Positions 1 to 7,247 are shown, numbered from the stretch's first letter. The stretch: 29,498 nucleotides of DNA from a virus (IMGVR_UViG_3300020042_004974:1-29498), one strand, 5' to 3'. Notes: a model not told the origin generated them from the sequence alone. Translations and numbers: made by a program.

Positions 1-244
1 TCCTAAAGATTAGCTCATTAACCAATTGATTGAATCTATCAAATAAAAACTTCTTCTTATTATACCAAAAATACACATGGCCCGCATTTAATGTGTAGAT
101 AAGAGATACTCTACCGGATTGATACCCGTTTACAGAGTTTAATGTCCGCTTAAGAGAGCCATGAACCATTGGCAACTCCCTATACTCTGCCATCAAATGT
201 TGGTCAGAAAGCAAAGTAACATCGACGGTGTTGATCCGTGTCAC
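1..244 (-). CDS. denV: Pyrimidine-dimer DNA glycosylase / endonuclease V (3' end runs off the window)
   Basis: Not in the ORF track. GTG at 244 translates to MTRINTVDVTLLSDQHLMAEYRELP...YTLNAGHVYFWYNK, matching the T4 DenV pattern MTRIN...DQHLMAEYRELP...LGAGHV.FFY.K. Catalytic Thr2 and Glu23 are at identical positions. Confidence 0.95.
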   Translation of the reverse strand, partial: MTRINTVDVTLLSDQHLMAEYRELPMVHGSLKRTLNSVNGYQSGRVSLIYTLNAGHVYFWYNKKKFLFDRFNQLVNELIFR

Positions 245-312
245 CTATTACTTACCTAAATGGTGGACAACTATGGTGGGACCAATTACACACACAAGCG
301 CCAATAGTTCAA

Positions 313-558
313 TCATTCTTCAACTCCGAAATGTTTTTTGATAAGATTACGATACTTGGTTTGAAATAACATTTCCTCTGGTGTATACTGATTGCCTAAT
401 TGCATACGCAGGCAAGTATCAGCACATTCCAAAACAATCAACTCGGCAAACACAGATAGGTGTTGATCAGTACCGGCCAATACACTCCATCCAAAAGATT
501 TATCCTCAAACAAGCCAATCTGAGCGTGTTCAGCAAGTTCTCGAATTCTCTCGTTCAT
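313..558 (-). CDS. Small MNERI/HFGVEE-family protein, copy A
   Basis: 81 aa with blocks MNERIRELAEHA / FAELIVLECA / IKKHFGVEE shared with other ORFs in the window. Confidence 0.85.
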   Translation of the reverse strand: MNERIRELAEHAQIGLFEDKSFGWSVLAGTDQHLSVFAELIVLECADTCLRMQLGNQYTPEEMLFQTKYRNLIKKHFGVEE

Positions 559-668
559 TATTTCAACTTACCCATAAGTTTAGCAAGCATTTCCATAGCC
601 TTTTCCGTTTGCTCTGTCTGATGCTTCAGTCTATCTTCAAGAAATTTAATGTATTCGTCTTTACTCAT
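558..668 (-). CDS. Hypothetical 36-aa protein
   Basis: Manual translation MSKDEYIKFLEDRLKHQTEQTEKAMEMLAKLMGKLK; ATGA and TAATG overlaps with both neighbours; GGAG upstream. Confidence 0.65.
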   Translation of the reverse strand: MSKDEYIKFLEDRLKHQTEQTEKAMEMLAKLMGKLK

Positions 669-823
669 TGTTCAACTCCATATTGTTCCATCCATTCTAT
701 TAAAATTTTCCTTGCTTCCTGTCTAGAAAGATTAAAACGATCTTCAAGCCATGGTGCAGCGCCAAACATATTTGTGACCCCACTCTCTCGGAGAAAATCA
801 AGATATTCATAGTATTCGTTCAT
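665..823 (-). CDS. Small phage protein (LRESGVTNMFGA type)
   Basis: Manual translation MNEYYEYLDFLRESGVTNMFGAAPWLEDRFNLSRQEARKILIEWMEQYGVEQ; ATGA-coupled on both sides; GGAG RBS. Confidence 0.8.
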   Translation of the reverse strand: MNEYYEYLDFLRESGVTNMFGAAPWLEDRFNLSRQEARKILIEWMEQYGVEQ

Positions 824-1026
824 TCTTCAACTCCGAAATGTTCTCTAATCAAATCACCCTGTGTCTTACCACCTTCGGCAAGTATCCAATCAACTTTACC
901 AGCACATTCTCGTACAATCAACTGAGCAAACTTTTCTTTATCAAAGTCCCAACACACCCCATCATGGGCCAAAGGATCGATGTAGGTAGTAGCCTGTTCA
1001 GCAAGTAGTTTAATCCGCTCATTCAT
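820..1026 (-). CDS. Small MNERI/HFGVEE-family protein, copy B
   Basis: 68 aa; MNERIKLLAEQA / KFAQLIVRECA / IREHFGVEE. Confidence 0.85.
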   Translation of the reverse strand: MNERIKLLAEQATTYIDPLAHDGVCWDFDKEKFAQLIVRECAGKVDWILAEGGKTQGDLIREHFGVEE

Positions 1027-1622
1027 TGCTCAACTCCGTAATCATCTTTCAACATAAAACCCAACCTATCTCCGGCTGCACTAGGATAGAACTGATCTCT
1101 CCATACAGGGATAATAGTAGTAGCTTGGTGATTAGCAAAGTCATCATTGTATCTAAAATGGACTTCAATCACCCTACCTCCTATCACTTCCACATTAAAC
1201 CACTCATATCTGTCTGCAACAGTCTGTAATATGATTGGCAACGTGAAGATATCCTCAATCTTTGTCCAATGACTGAATCTATCCAACCTCAACGGATCAC
1301 TCCTGAACCCCTCGACTGCTAGCACTTGCTTACCCCAATTGTAGTCAAAGCTCAAATGACGACCGGTAAACAGCTCGCACCAGAAATATCCATCAGCAAT
1401 AGAATCTGAGTCCAAATACTGTACCGTAGCACCAGCTGACATCATTCTTATATTGACAACAGGCCTCACTACATACTGGCCAGCAATTGTTGGCGCAATG
1501 CCAGCTGGACCACAAAGATATCCCAGCTTCTTTGCTAAGATTAGTTTATCAACACACCAAAGATCATCTACAGCTATGCTACCAAATACATCTGCATCCC
1601 CTATTTGAGGTAACTTGACCAT
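1023..1622 (-). CDS. Phage protein, possibly ATP-grasp-like
   Basis: 199-aa ORF; 'VVRP' and C-terminal 'NVEVIGGRVIEVHFR' resemble ATP-grasp metal-binding strands. The fold is an inference. Confidence 0.55.
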   Translation of the reverse strand: MVKLPQIGDADVFGSIAVDDLWCVDKLILAKKLGYLCGPAGIAPTIAGQYVVRPVVNIRMMSAGATVQYLDSDSIADGYFWCELFTGRHLSFDYNWGKQVLAVEGFRSDPLRLDRFSHWTKIEDIFTLPIILQTVADRYEWFNVEVIGGRVIEVHFRYNDDFANHQATTIIPVWRDQFYPSAAGDRLGFMLKDDYGVEQ

Positions 1623-1679
1623 TTAATACTTTCCCGATGCCAATAATATCTTACAAATTGTTTCTAACATTTCGCTCCT

Positions 1680-1799
1680 CTACGCCATCACAATAGCAAT
1701 TGCTGCCAACATAAAAATCAGCACAGCACCTACAATAGGCAAGATGATGTGCATGTACTTTACTACTTCCTCAACAGGATCGGGTTCGTGGTCATTCAT
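1680..1799 (-). CDS. Small single-pass membrane protein (39 aa)
   Basis: Manual translation MNDHEPDPVEEVVKYMHIILPIVGAVLIFMLAAIAIVMA; ATGA overlap with the upstream gene. Confidence 0.7.
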   Translation of the reverse strand: MNDHEPDPVEEVVKYMHIILPIVGAVLIFMLAAIAIVMA

Positions 1800-2098
1800 A
1801 TCTTGGGTCCAGTAAATATATAAGTGCTCGATCCACCAGTACCCAACACACACGCTATTGTATCATCAAACTGAATTAATGTCCACGTCTTTGTATCATC
1901 ATTGACAAATAAACCATACTTTGACATTACAGCATCGGATTCTGTACCAACCCATATTGGCTTTTCTTTGTAATCGCTACCACTCAGTCCCCGTAGCATT
2001 ACTTCTGTACTAATACACTCTACAGTTTTTTGTAGGTTGATAGTTTGTGCAGCCACATATCCAAATACTAGTGCCAGCAAAAATAGTATGTATTTCAT
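1796..2098 (-). CDS. Hypothetical exported protein with two Cys
   Basis: Signal-peptide-like MKYILFLLALVFGYVAA; C-terminal TWTL...ACVLGTG. Confidence 0.75.
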   Translation of the reverse strand: MKYILFLLALVFGYVAAQTINLQKTVECISTEVMLRGLSGSDYKEKPIWVGTESDAVMSKYGLFVNDDTKTWTLIQFDDTIACVLGTGGSSTYIFTGPKI

Positions 2099-2141
2099 CT
2101 AGTTAATTAAGATCCGTAAAAATAATATCGCTTTAATTATT

Positions 2142-2363
2142 TCATTCATGTTCAACACCGTTTGCTTTGTCTATTAGATATTGGGCATGATCTCCATTGA
2201 TAGGTGTGCCTTTTAGAACAAGGTAATCATGCATCGCCATCATAGCATTACTAAACCAAGCCACCATGTCAACGTCAGTTAAGTCCGGATTACTTTCATA
2301 AAAAAACTTTGCCCATGCTCTCGCATCTGGATTGGTGTGTATAGTCATATCATAATCACTCAT
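2142..2363 (-). CDS. Hypothetical protein
   Basis: 73-aa ORF, ATGA-coupled, ends GVEHE. Confidence 0.75.
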   Translation of the reverse strand: MSDYDMTIHTNPDARAWAKFFYESNPDLTDVDMVAWFSNAMMAMHDYLVLKGTPINGDHAQYLIDKANGVEHE

Positions 2364-2584
2364 TCTTCAACTCCAAAATGTTCCTTGATTCTCATACCGT
2401 TTGTTTTAGTAATATATCCGCAACCGACTGAATTGGATCTCTCCGTATCAGCAATCCCGGCACACTCTTTCACAATCAATTGGGCAAACTCTTGTTCGAA
2501 CTCATCCGACAACCGGTATGCCCAACTACTACCCATTGGTTTAATTCTGGCCTCATCAGCAAGTTGCTTGATCCGCTCATTCAT
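2360..2584 (-). CDS. Small MNERI/HFGVEE-family protein, copy C
   Basis: 74 aa; MNERIKQLADEA / EFAQLIVKECA / IKEHFGVEE. Confidence 0.85.
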   Translation of the reverse strand: MNERIKQLADEARIKPMGSSWAYRLSDEFEQEFAQLIVKECAGIADTERSNSVGCGYITKTNGMRIKEHFGVEE

Positions 2585-2793
2585 TTAATATTATACCGAT
2601 TGAAGATCTCTTTACGAAGATTGTATGCTTGCTCTACTCTCAATTCCGTACTATCATAACAAAACTGAGCTAAGTCTCTTATCACCAACTCAGCAAACTT
2701 GGACGTAAACGCTTCGTCTAGTGATCTTGATTCTGTTATCAACTCACGCTCAGCCCAAGCTTTCTCTACCAATTGTTTGATCTTTTCATTCAC
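2581..2793 (-). CDS. Divergent MNERI-family protein, copy D
   Basis: 70 aa; MNEKIKQLVEKA / KFAELVIRDLA / IFNRYNIK. Confidence 0.8.
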   Translation of the reverse strand: MNEKIKQLVEKAWAERELITESRSLDEAFTSKFAELVIRDLAQFCYDSTELRVEQAYNLRKEIFNRYNIK

Positions 2794-3038
2794 TTTGTAG
2801 GACCACCATAGACCTGAGACTCTAACTGAGCAATACGCTCATTTGCTCTACGCAAACTGTTATTTGCATCATTGAGTTGTTGTGACAAAGCCTTTATTGC
2901 TTCACCCATTGCTAGGATTGCTTTTGTCTCTTGTTCCTGTACTGTTTCCATGGTATTTCCTAATCCATAAACATAATTACGTTTTCTATCGAACTCAAGC
3001 TGTGCTTCATGCGTTCCCAGTTTAAATTCTTGGGTCAT
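2790..3038 (-). CDS. Hypothetical coiled-coil protein
   Basis: ORF track gives 2790..3059; likely start is MTQEFK at 3038 after AAGGA; heptad-like C-terminal half. Confidence 0.7.
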   Translation of the reverse strand: MTQEFKLGTHEAQLEFDRKRNYVYGLGNTMETVQEQETKAILAMGEAIKALSQQLNDANNSLRRANERIAQLESQVYGGPTK

Positions 3039-3039
3039 C

Positions 3040-3738
3040 TCATTCCTTCTTATCGCCAAACAACTGTAGTAGGCTTAGGAAGATATTAATGAAATCAAGA
3101 TATAATGTCAACGCACCTTGTACTTCTACAGACGGACTAGAATCGACACTGACCATTTCTCGGATCTGTTGTGTATCATATGCAGTAAGACCCATGAAGA
3201 TAACAATTGCTAACGCACTGATCACCATCTGCATTACACTACTGCCAATAAAGATATTGATGATACTAGCAATGATGATAGCAATTAATCCAACAAACAT
3301 AAACTTACCTAGACTATCCAAACTACGTTTAGTAAAATATCCATAAAAGCTCATCGTTCCGAATAGGACACTCGCTCCCATAAACGCACTAAAGATACTT
3401 GCCATCGTGTATACAGCAAAGATCACAGCAAAGCTAAGTCCCATGATCGCTGCAAACCCTGCTAGCAATAGGATAGCAGTTTCCTTTGGTGGGTTCTTAT
3501 TAAGAGCAAAGCTGATTCCAAATACAGCAACCAACGGTGCAAAGATTACTACCCAATGCATCACCCCCGTAAAAAAGAACTTAACCAATTCCGGATTAGT
3601 TCCCACAAACAAACTAACAACCATACTGACTAATGTCGCAAGTCCCATGTAACCATACACACGGCCCATTGCTTGATTAATTTCACCAGCAGTCCTATAA
3701 CTTGCAAATTCATTACCTGAATAGTTTATACCAAACAT
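3040..3738 (-). CDS. Bax inhibitor-1 / YccA (TMBIM) family membrane protein
   Basis: About 7 hydrophobic segments; hallmark GLTAYDTQQIR and ALTLYLDFINIFLSLL; AAGGAG RBS. Confidence 0.93.
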   Translation of the reverse strand: MFGINYSGNEFASYRTAGEINQAMGRVYGYMGLATLVSMVVSLFVGTNPELVKFFFTGVMHWVVIFAPLVAVFGISFALNKNPPKETAILLLAGFAAIMGLSFAVIFAVYTMASIFSAFMGASVLFGTMSFYGYFTKRSLDSLGKFMFVGLIAIIIASIINIFIGSSVMQMVISALAIVIFMGLTAYDTQQIREMVSVDSSPSVEVQGALTLYLDFINIFLSLLQLFGDKKE

Positions 3739-3801
3739 ATCGATCTCCTTAAATTAATTTCGACTTCCTACTTAAAAACGTTGACTGTATACTTAATGTT
3801 A

Positions 3802-4041
3802 TCACTTCACACCAAAATGTTTAAGCATGTGCAATGCTTGCGCTTCAGACTCGGGATAGTTGTCAATGATGAAGTCGGCGCATTTGGTAATAACCAAATT
3901 GGTTAGTTGATCTGCATCTACTTTAGGTGGAACATACTTAACGATGATCCCTTCTTGGAACGGCAGCTTGTTTCCATCTAACGGAAGTATATCAGATTGC
4001 TTGGTAGCTTGCTCTACGAGCTTCTTTACATCATCTATCAT
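3802..4041 (-). CDS. Divergent MNERI-family protein, copy E
   Basis: Start reassigned to ATG 4041 (ATGA overlap): MIDDVKKLVEQA / LTNLVITKCA / LKHFGVK. Confidence 0.75.
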   Translation of the reverse strand: MIDDVKKLVEQATKQSDILPLDGNKLPFQEGIIVKYVPPKVDADQLTNLVITKCADFIIDNYPESEAQALHMLKHFGVK

Positions 4042-4154
4042 ACCAAATAACCAATTAGCATTCCAAATGCAAATGCTACTAATGACACATACAACAGCGA
4101 TATCGGATACCACACATGGTCTTCCATAATTTTGACTAACCAACTAATATCCAT
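4038..4154 (-). CDS. Small membrane protein (38 aa)
   Basis: Manual translation MDISWLVKIMEDHVWYPISLLYVSLVAFAFGMLIGYLV; TGATG and ATGA overlaps with neighbours. Confidence 0.65.
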   Translation of the reverse strand: MDISWLVKIMEDHVWYPISLLYVSLVAFAFGMLIGYLV

Positions 4155-4495
4155 CATCTTGATATCCTCAGTTCTGCGTCAGGATTATCTTTGCATGCGT
4201 TGTAGTATTGATGAACGAACTTAACGAGTCCTTGATAATGTCCCCATCCGTTTTCTGGATTGAATTGATTGAAATAATCAGGGTCGGTTACCAACACTCT
4301 CCACCCCGTATGCAGACACTCAACAATCTCGCGAGCATAAACATATCCATGCTCATCTGGCCGCCAGAGAATATCATATAACGTTCTTCCCTCACCAACG
4401 TCAACAGCCTTGGCCATCTCACCAAGGTTATGAGTGATGTTAGCACTATACACAGATGTGGGTTGCGTTACCATTAAATCAACATCTAAACTCAT
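4154..4495 (-). CDS. Hypothetical phage protein
   Basis: 113 aa; ANITHNL...LWRP...FNPENGWG pattern. Confidence 0.8.
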   Translation of the reverse strand: MSLDVDLMVTQPTSVYSANITHNLGEMAKAVDVGEGRTLYDILWRPDEHGYVYAREIVECLHTGWRVLVTDPDYFNQFNPENGWGHYQGLVKFVHQYYNACKDNPDAELRISR

Positions 4496-4581
4496 ATTAT
4501 ATCCACATTACTGGTTGTTAAGTGATATACCAATGCAAGCAGCATTAGTACAATTATAAAATATTCAATAAGGTTCTTCAT
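4492..4581 (-). CDS. Small hydrophobic peptide (29 aa), probably leaderless
   Basis: MKNLIEYFIIVLMLLALVYHLTTSNVDII; ATG 6 nt after a -10 box; ATGA overlap with the next gene. Confidence 0.5.
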   Translation of the reverse strand: MKNLIEYFIIVLMLLALVYHLTTSNVDII

Positions 4582-4587
4582 GTCTAT

Positions 4588-4616
4588 ATTATCCATTCTA
4601 AACACAATAATGACAA
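4588..4616 (-). promoter_or_regulatory. Sigma70-like early promoter
   Basis: TTGTCA-17 bp-GATAAT in an intergenic gap. Confidence 0.7.
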
Positions 4617-4699
4617 CTAGCTATTATATATCCCAAAATTCGAGATATACTACATAATTTGTCTTCCACTGGAAAGAGGTTGGATACTATAGTATTATA

Positions 4700-5062
4700 C
4701 TAGGAAAAGTCTAATCCAAACTCACCAGCACTATCCTTTAGCTGATCAATATCCCGACTATAATGCTCGGACAACAGCTCAATGTAAGCACCCACAAACC
4801 TAGGGCCATGCTTATCTCTCTCGATGAAGTGAGCACATTCGTGTATCACACTCCACTTTGTTCTACTGAACTTCGGCATACAGATCTGTCTAATAGAATA
4901 CTTTGCACATGGTGACCTTCTTGCTCTTCCGTCCGTTACTTCTATAAACGGAATTATACTAGAAGCAAGTTGTTGGCATTGATCGAGTGTTAGGATTGTA
5001 TCATCCCACTCATATTCCATCCTCTCCCACTTATACAACTTACTGCGTTGATAGTCTCTCAT
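4700..5062 (-). CDS. Zincin-like (SprT/M48-type) metalloprotease domain protein
   Basis: VIHECAH (HExxH) followed by HGPRF. Confidence 0.75.
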   Translation of the reverse strand: MRDYQRSKLYKWERMEYEWDDTILTLDQCQQLASSIIPFIEVTDGRARRSPCAKYSIRQICMPKFSRTKWSVIHECAHFIERDKHGPRFVGAYIELLSEHYSRDIDQLKDSAGEFGLDFS

Positions 5063-5207
5063 TTATTTCTCTGATTTTGTCTGAATGGCAGTGTTTAAAC
5101 ATCTTACAATAATATTCAAAACGACGAGGCTCGTGTTCCGGATTAGGGAGATCGGGCCAACATTCAATCATTACATCTAGTATTGCTTGTGCTTTCTCGT
5201 CTGTCAC
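5040..5207 (-). CDS. Hypothetical 55-aa protein
   Basis: GTG start in a GTGA overlap; MTDEKAQAILDVMIECWPDLPNPEHEPRRFEYYCKMFKH...; fills the gap in the ORF track. Confidence 0.7.
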   Translation of the reverse strand: MTDEKAQAILDVMIECWPDLPNPEHEPRRFEYYCKMFKHCHSDKIREINERLSTQ

Positions 5208-5644
5208 TTTAATTTCTCAGCTACAACTCTATCACCAGCATCATCGCCAAACGACATATTCTCTCTATGGATGATGATTAAGTCCTTTCTTGCAAGCGAC
5301 TCAATTGTTAGGTATGTAATAAAGATGGCAACCCTTGCTCTTGCTGTTGCAATCATCTCCTTCTCATCGGAATACTCATTAGGTATACCTTCAGCAGCTG
5401 CTAGCATTTCAGGTATTAGAACCAACTCTTCGAAGTGACAATTATCCTCATCATCAGCAATATCAAGTAACAGCTCAATATCTTGATCTGATATATCTCT
5501 CATAAAGTCTCCCACAACAAGGTATGGGTTCTTTATAATATCAATTGCTAATAGACGTGTAACGGGAAGGAATGATTTATCTTCGGAGACTTTATCGAAT
5601 CTAATTGACATACTATCTTTTTCGCTCATAACCGTTCCTTCCAA
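5204..5644 (-). CDS. Hypothetical acidic protein
   Basis: 146-aa ORF in operon context; start may be the internal MSEKD. Confidence 0.75.
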   Translation of the reverse strand: MEGTVMSEKDSMSIRFDKVSEDKSFLPVTRLLAIDIIKNPYLVVGDFMRDISDQDIELLLDIADDEDNCHFEELVLIPEMLAAAEGIPNEYSDEKEMIATARARVAIFITYLTIESLARKDLIIIHRENMSFGDDAGDRVVAEKLK

Positions 5645-5647
5645 AAC

Positions 5648-5845
5648 TTATTTCGACTTACGTGCAAACCGCACACCACCAAACGATCCACCGATTAACA
5701 ATGATGCTAACCATGTTTCGAATGTATACTGAATGTTTGCTACTGGGAATATTGTATTGACACACCAGATCCAAACAAATGGACCAAATATTACAATGAA
5801 TGCCACCAGTGCAACAATTGCTAGAATTTTAAACGTATCAGACAT
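5648..5845 (-). CDS. Small two-TM membrane protein
   Basis: Likely start MSDTFKILAIVALVAF after AAAGG; two hydrophobic segments. Confidence 0.7.
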   Translation of the reverse strand: MSDTFKILAIVALVAFIVIFGPFVWIWCVNTIFPVANIQYTFETWLASLLIGGSFGGVRFARKSK

Positions 5846-6041
5846 TTTCAAACCTTTCATAATAATCATACTTAATACCAAAATGCTCAGCAATTAATCT
5901 TGCTAACTCTTGCTCGACGTGTTGTGCTTGACCTAAATCAAATGTAGTCCTCACACCTGGGTAATTAGGAACCTTGTCGGACCTAATAATTTTAATACAT
6001 TGCTTAACTATAAGCAGTTCATCGTTCGTTAATTGACGCAT
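5838..6041 (-). CDS. Partial or derived MNERI-family protein, copy F
   Basis: Start ATG 6041 after GAGG/AAGGA; contains LIVKQC and IAEHFGIK but lacks the N-terminal block. Confidence 0.6.
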   Translation of the reverse strand: MRQLTNDELLIVKQCIKIIRSDKVPNYPGVRTTFDLGQAQHVEQELARLIAEHFGIKYDYYERFENV

Positions 6042-6591
6042 TCCTTTTATCCTCACATGGCTGACAATAGGTATGAACCCAACCCCCACCTCTACGCTTG
6101 CCTGGATTGCCACACGACTCACAAGTGACTCCTGTCATTGATTCGGCTAGGGTAACCATTCCGCTAATATAATCATCGCCACCAGTGTAGTAGAAACGTA
6201 GCGTACCAAACTTCTCTTTGACCTGATCTAGAGTTACTTGAGGACACTCAGCCGGTACATCTCTCAACTCAGCTTTATGGTCAATAATGCTTTGACGGAG
6301 CTCATTGTTCCACTTACTTGGGTCGTGATATATTTGATCGAACTTAGTCCAGTCAGCAGGAATCCTTTGAGCATCAATGATTGCTTGGTTGTGTGCAATT
6401 GCTCTAGCTCGTTGACCATTCTTCCAATCAATGTGGTGTTGGATGTTACCCATTAGTTGATCTAAGATGTTGAACCAACCATCTCCACAATCGAATCCCC
6501 AACACATACAAGTTTCTTGCATGGGCTTATTACGATTAACCATCATCTTAGGATACTTCTCGCATAGAAGTTTGTCTAAATCTAAATTCAT
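6019..6591 (-). CDS. Hypothetical phage protein with C-terminal zinc finger
   Basis: CGDGWF...QVKEKFGTLRFY...CESCG...YCQPC. Confidence 0.85.
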   Translation of the reverse strand: MNLDLDKLLCEKYPKMMVNRNKPMQETCMCWGFDCGDGWFNILDQLMGNIQHHIDWKNGQRARAIAHNQAIIDAQRIPADWTKFDQIYHDPSKWNNELRQSIIDHKAELRDVPAECPQVTLDQVKEKFGTLRFYYTGGDDYISGMVTLAESMTGVTCESCGNPGKRRGGGWVHTYCQPCEDKRNASINER

Positions 6592-6813
6592 CTAGCCTCC
6601 ATAATACTTTATCAATAGGTCCATTGCTTTAATCAGCTTCATGTTGTTGACTACATCATCCGGATGTAACCAATATCCAGTAGGATTATTATCGTCCTTT
6701 GGATTGGCTTCCCATTGATCTAACTCCGATTGAAGGTATCTACGAGCCTCGATCAAGTTGGTCTTTGTAATCCCGTCAGCGACTTCAAAAGGAATTGTCA
6801 GGTCAGGTATCAT
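6592..6813 (-). CDS. Hypothetical protein
   Basis: Likely start MIPDLT at 6813; WLHPDDV motif. Confidence 0.7.
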   Translation of the reverse strand: MIPDLTIPFEVADGITKTNLIEARRYLQSELDQWEANPKDDNNPTGYWLHPDDVVNNMKLIKAMDLLIKYYGG

Positions 6814-6814
6814 A

Positions 6815-7036
6815 TTAATGTGTAAACATCGGTTGTGGTTTATCAAATTGCTTACTCTGTATAGTACTTAGCAGCTTATGAAAATCATCCTCTGAGCCTG
6901 TCTCTCTGCATGCCCATATCAAACGCGCATTGAATACAGCAGCAAGAGATAGCGGTGCTATTTGATGTTTATTTGACAAGGACGCTAAAATTTCATCAAC
7001 TTCGCGTGTAATTACAATTAATTGATCGTGGGTCAT
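6815..7036 (-). CDS. Hypothetical protein, first gene after an early promoter
   Basis: 73 aa; AGGAG RBS. Confidence 0.75.
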   Translation of the reverse strand: MTHDQLIVITREVDEILASLSNKHQIAPLSLAAVFNARLIWACRETGSEDDFHKLLSTIQSKQFDKPQPMFTH

Positions 7037-7060
7037 AAAATTCTCCTATCATTGTACACG

Positions 7061-7089
7061 ATTCTACAGTAAAACTACACGAATGTCAA
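7061..7089 (-). promoter_or_regulatory. Sigma70-like early promoter
   Basis: TTGACA-17 bp-TAGAAT. Confidence 0.85.
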
Positions 7090-7113
7090 CAGCCTAAATA
7101 TAAAGGCCATAAT

Positions 7114-7121
7114 CATAAATA
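7114..7121 (+). promoter_or_regulatory. T4-type late promoter (gp55-like sigma)
   Basis: CATAAATA, one mismatch to TATAAATA, upstream of structural genes; a second CTAAATA at 7094-7100. Confidence 0.7.
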
Positions 7122-7129
7122 GTACAAAA

Positions 7130-7226
7130 TACACACCTTAGGACCGTTATCTTGCAAGTGTGTACAAATGGAGGCCCCTGCCAACTACATCGCATAACGC
7201 CATTTGCGAGAACATAAGTGGGGCAC
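7130..7226 (+). ncRNA. Candidate structured RNA in the late leader (family unassigned)
   Basis: Six complementary segment pairs within 97 nt, including loop-loop pairings (see findings). Confidence 0.55.
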
Positions 7227-7247
7227 TAATTCAATAAGGAAAAAGAG

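Noticed and set aside
381-812. Plus-strand 143-aa ORF and the many other antisense ORFs in the track (e.g. 7618..8145, 13032..13412, 14224..14679, 28967..29464)
   Set aside because: They shadow well-supported genes on the opposite strand and lack an RBS or recognisable motifs.
313-2380. 21-bp repeats as a CRISPR array or integron attC sites
   Set aside because: Spacing is hundreds of bp and irregular, the repeats are coding gene ends with no palindrome, and no cas or integrase gene is in the window.
3781-3810. Plus-strand TTGACT as a promoter
   Set aside because: No -10 box at 16-18 bp spacing.
313-6041. Diversity-generating retroelement as the source of paralog variability
   Set aside because: No reverse transcriptase and no template/variable repeat pair differing only at adenines; variation includes length changes.
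7130-7226. Assignment to SAM-II, SAM/SAH, twister or pistol families
   Set aside because: Only short words match (TTGCAAG, AAATG, CTGCC, AAGTGG). The required core motifs and pairings cannot be completed by eye.
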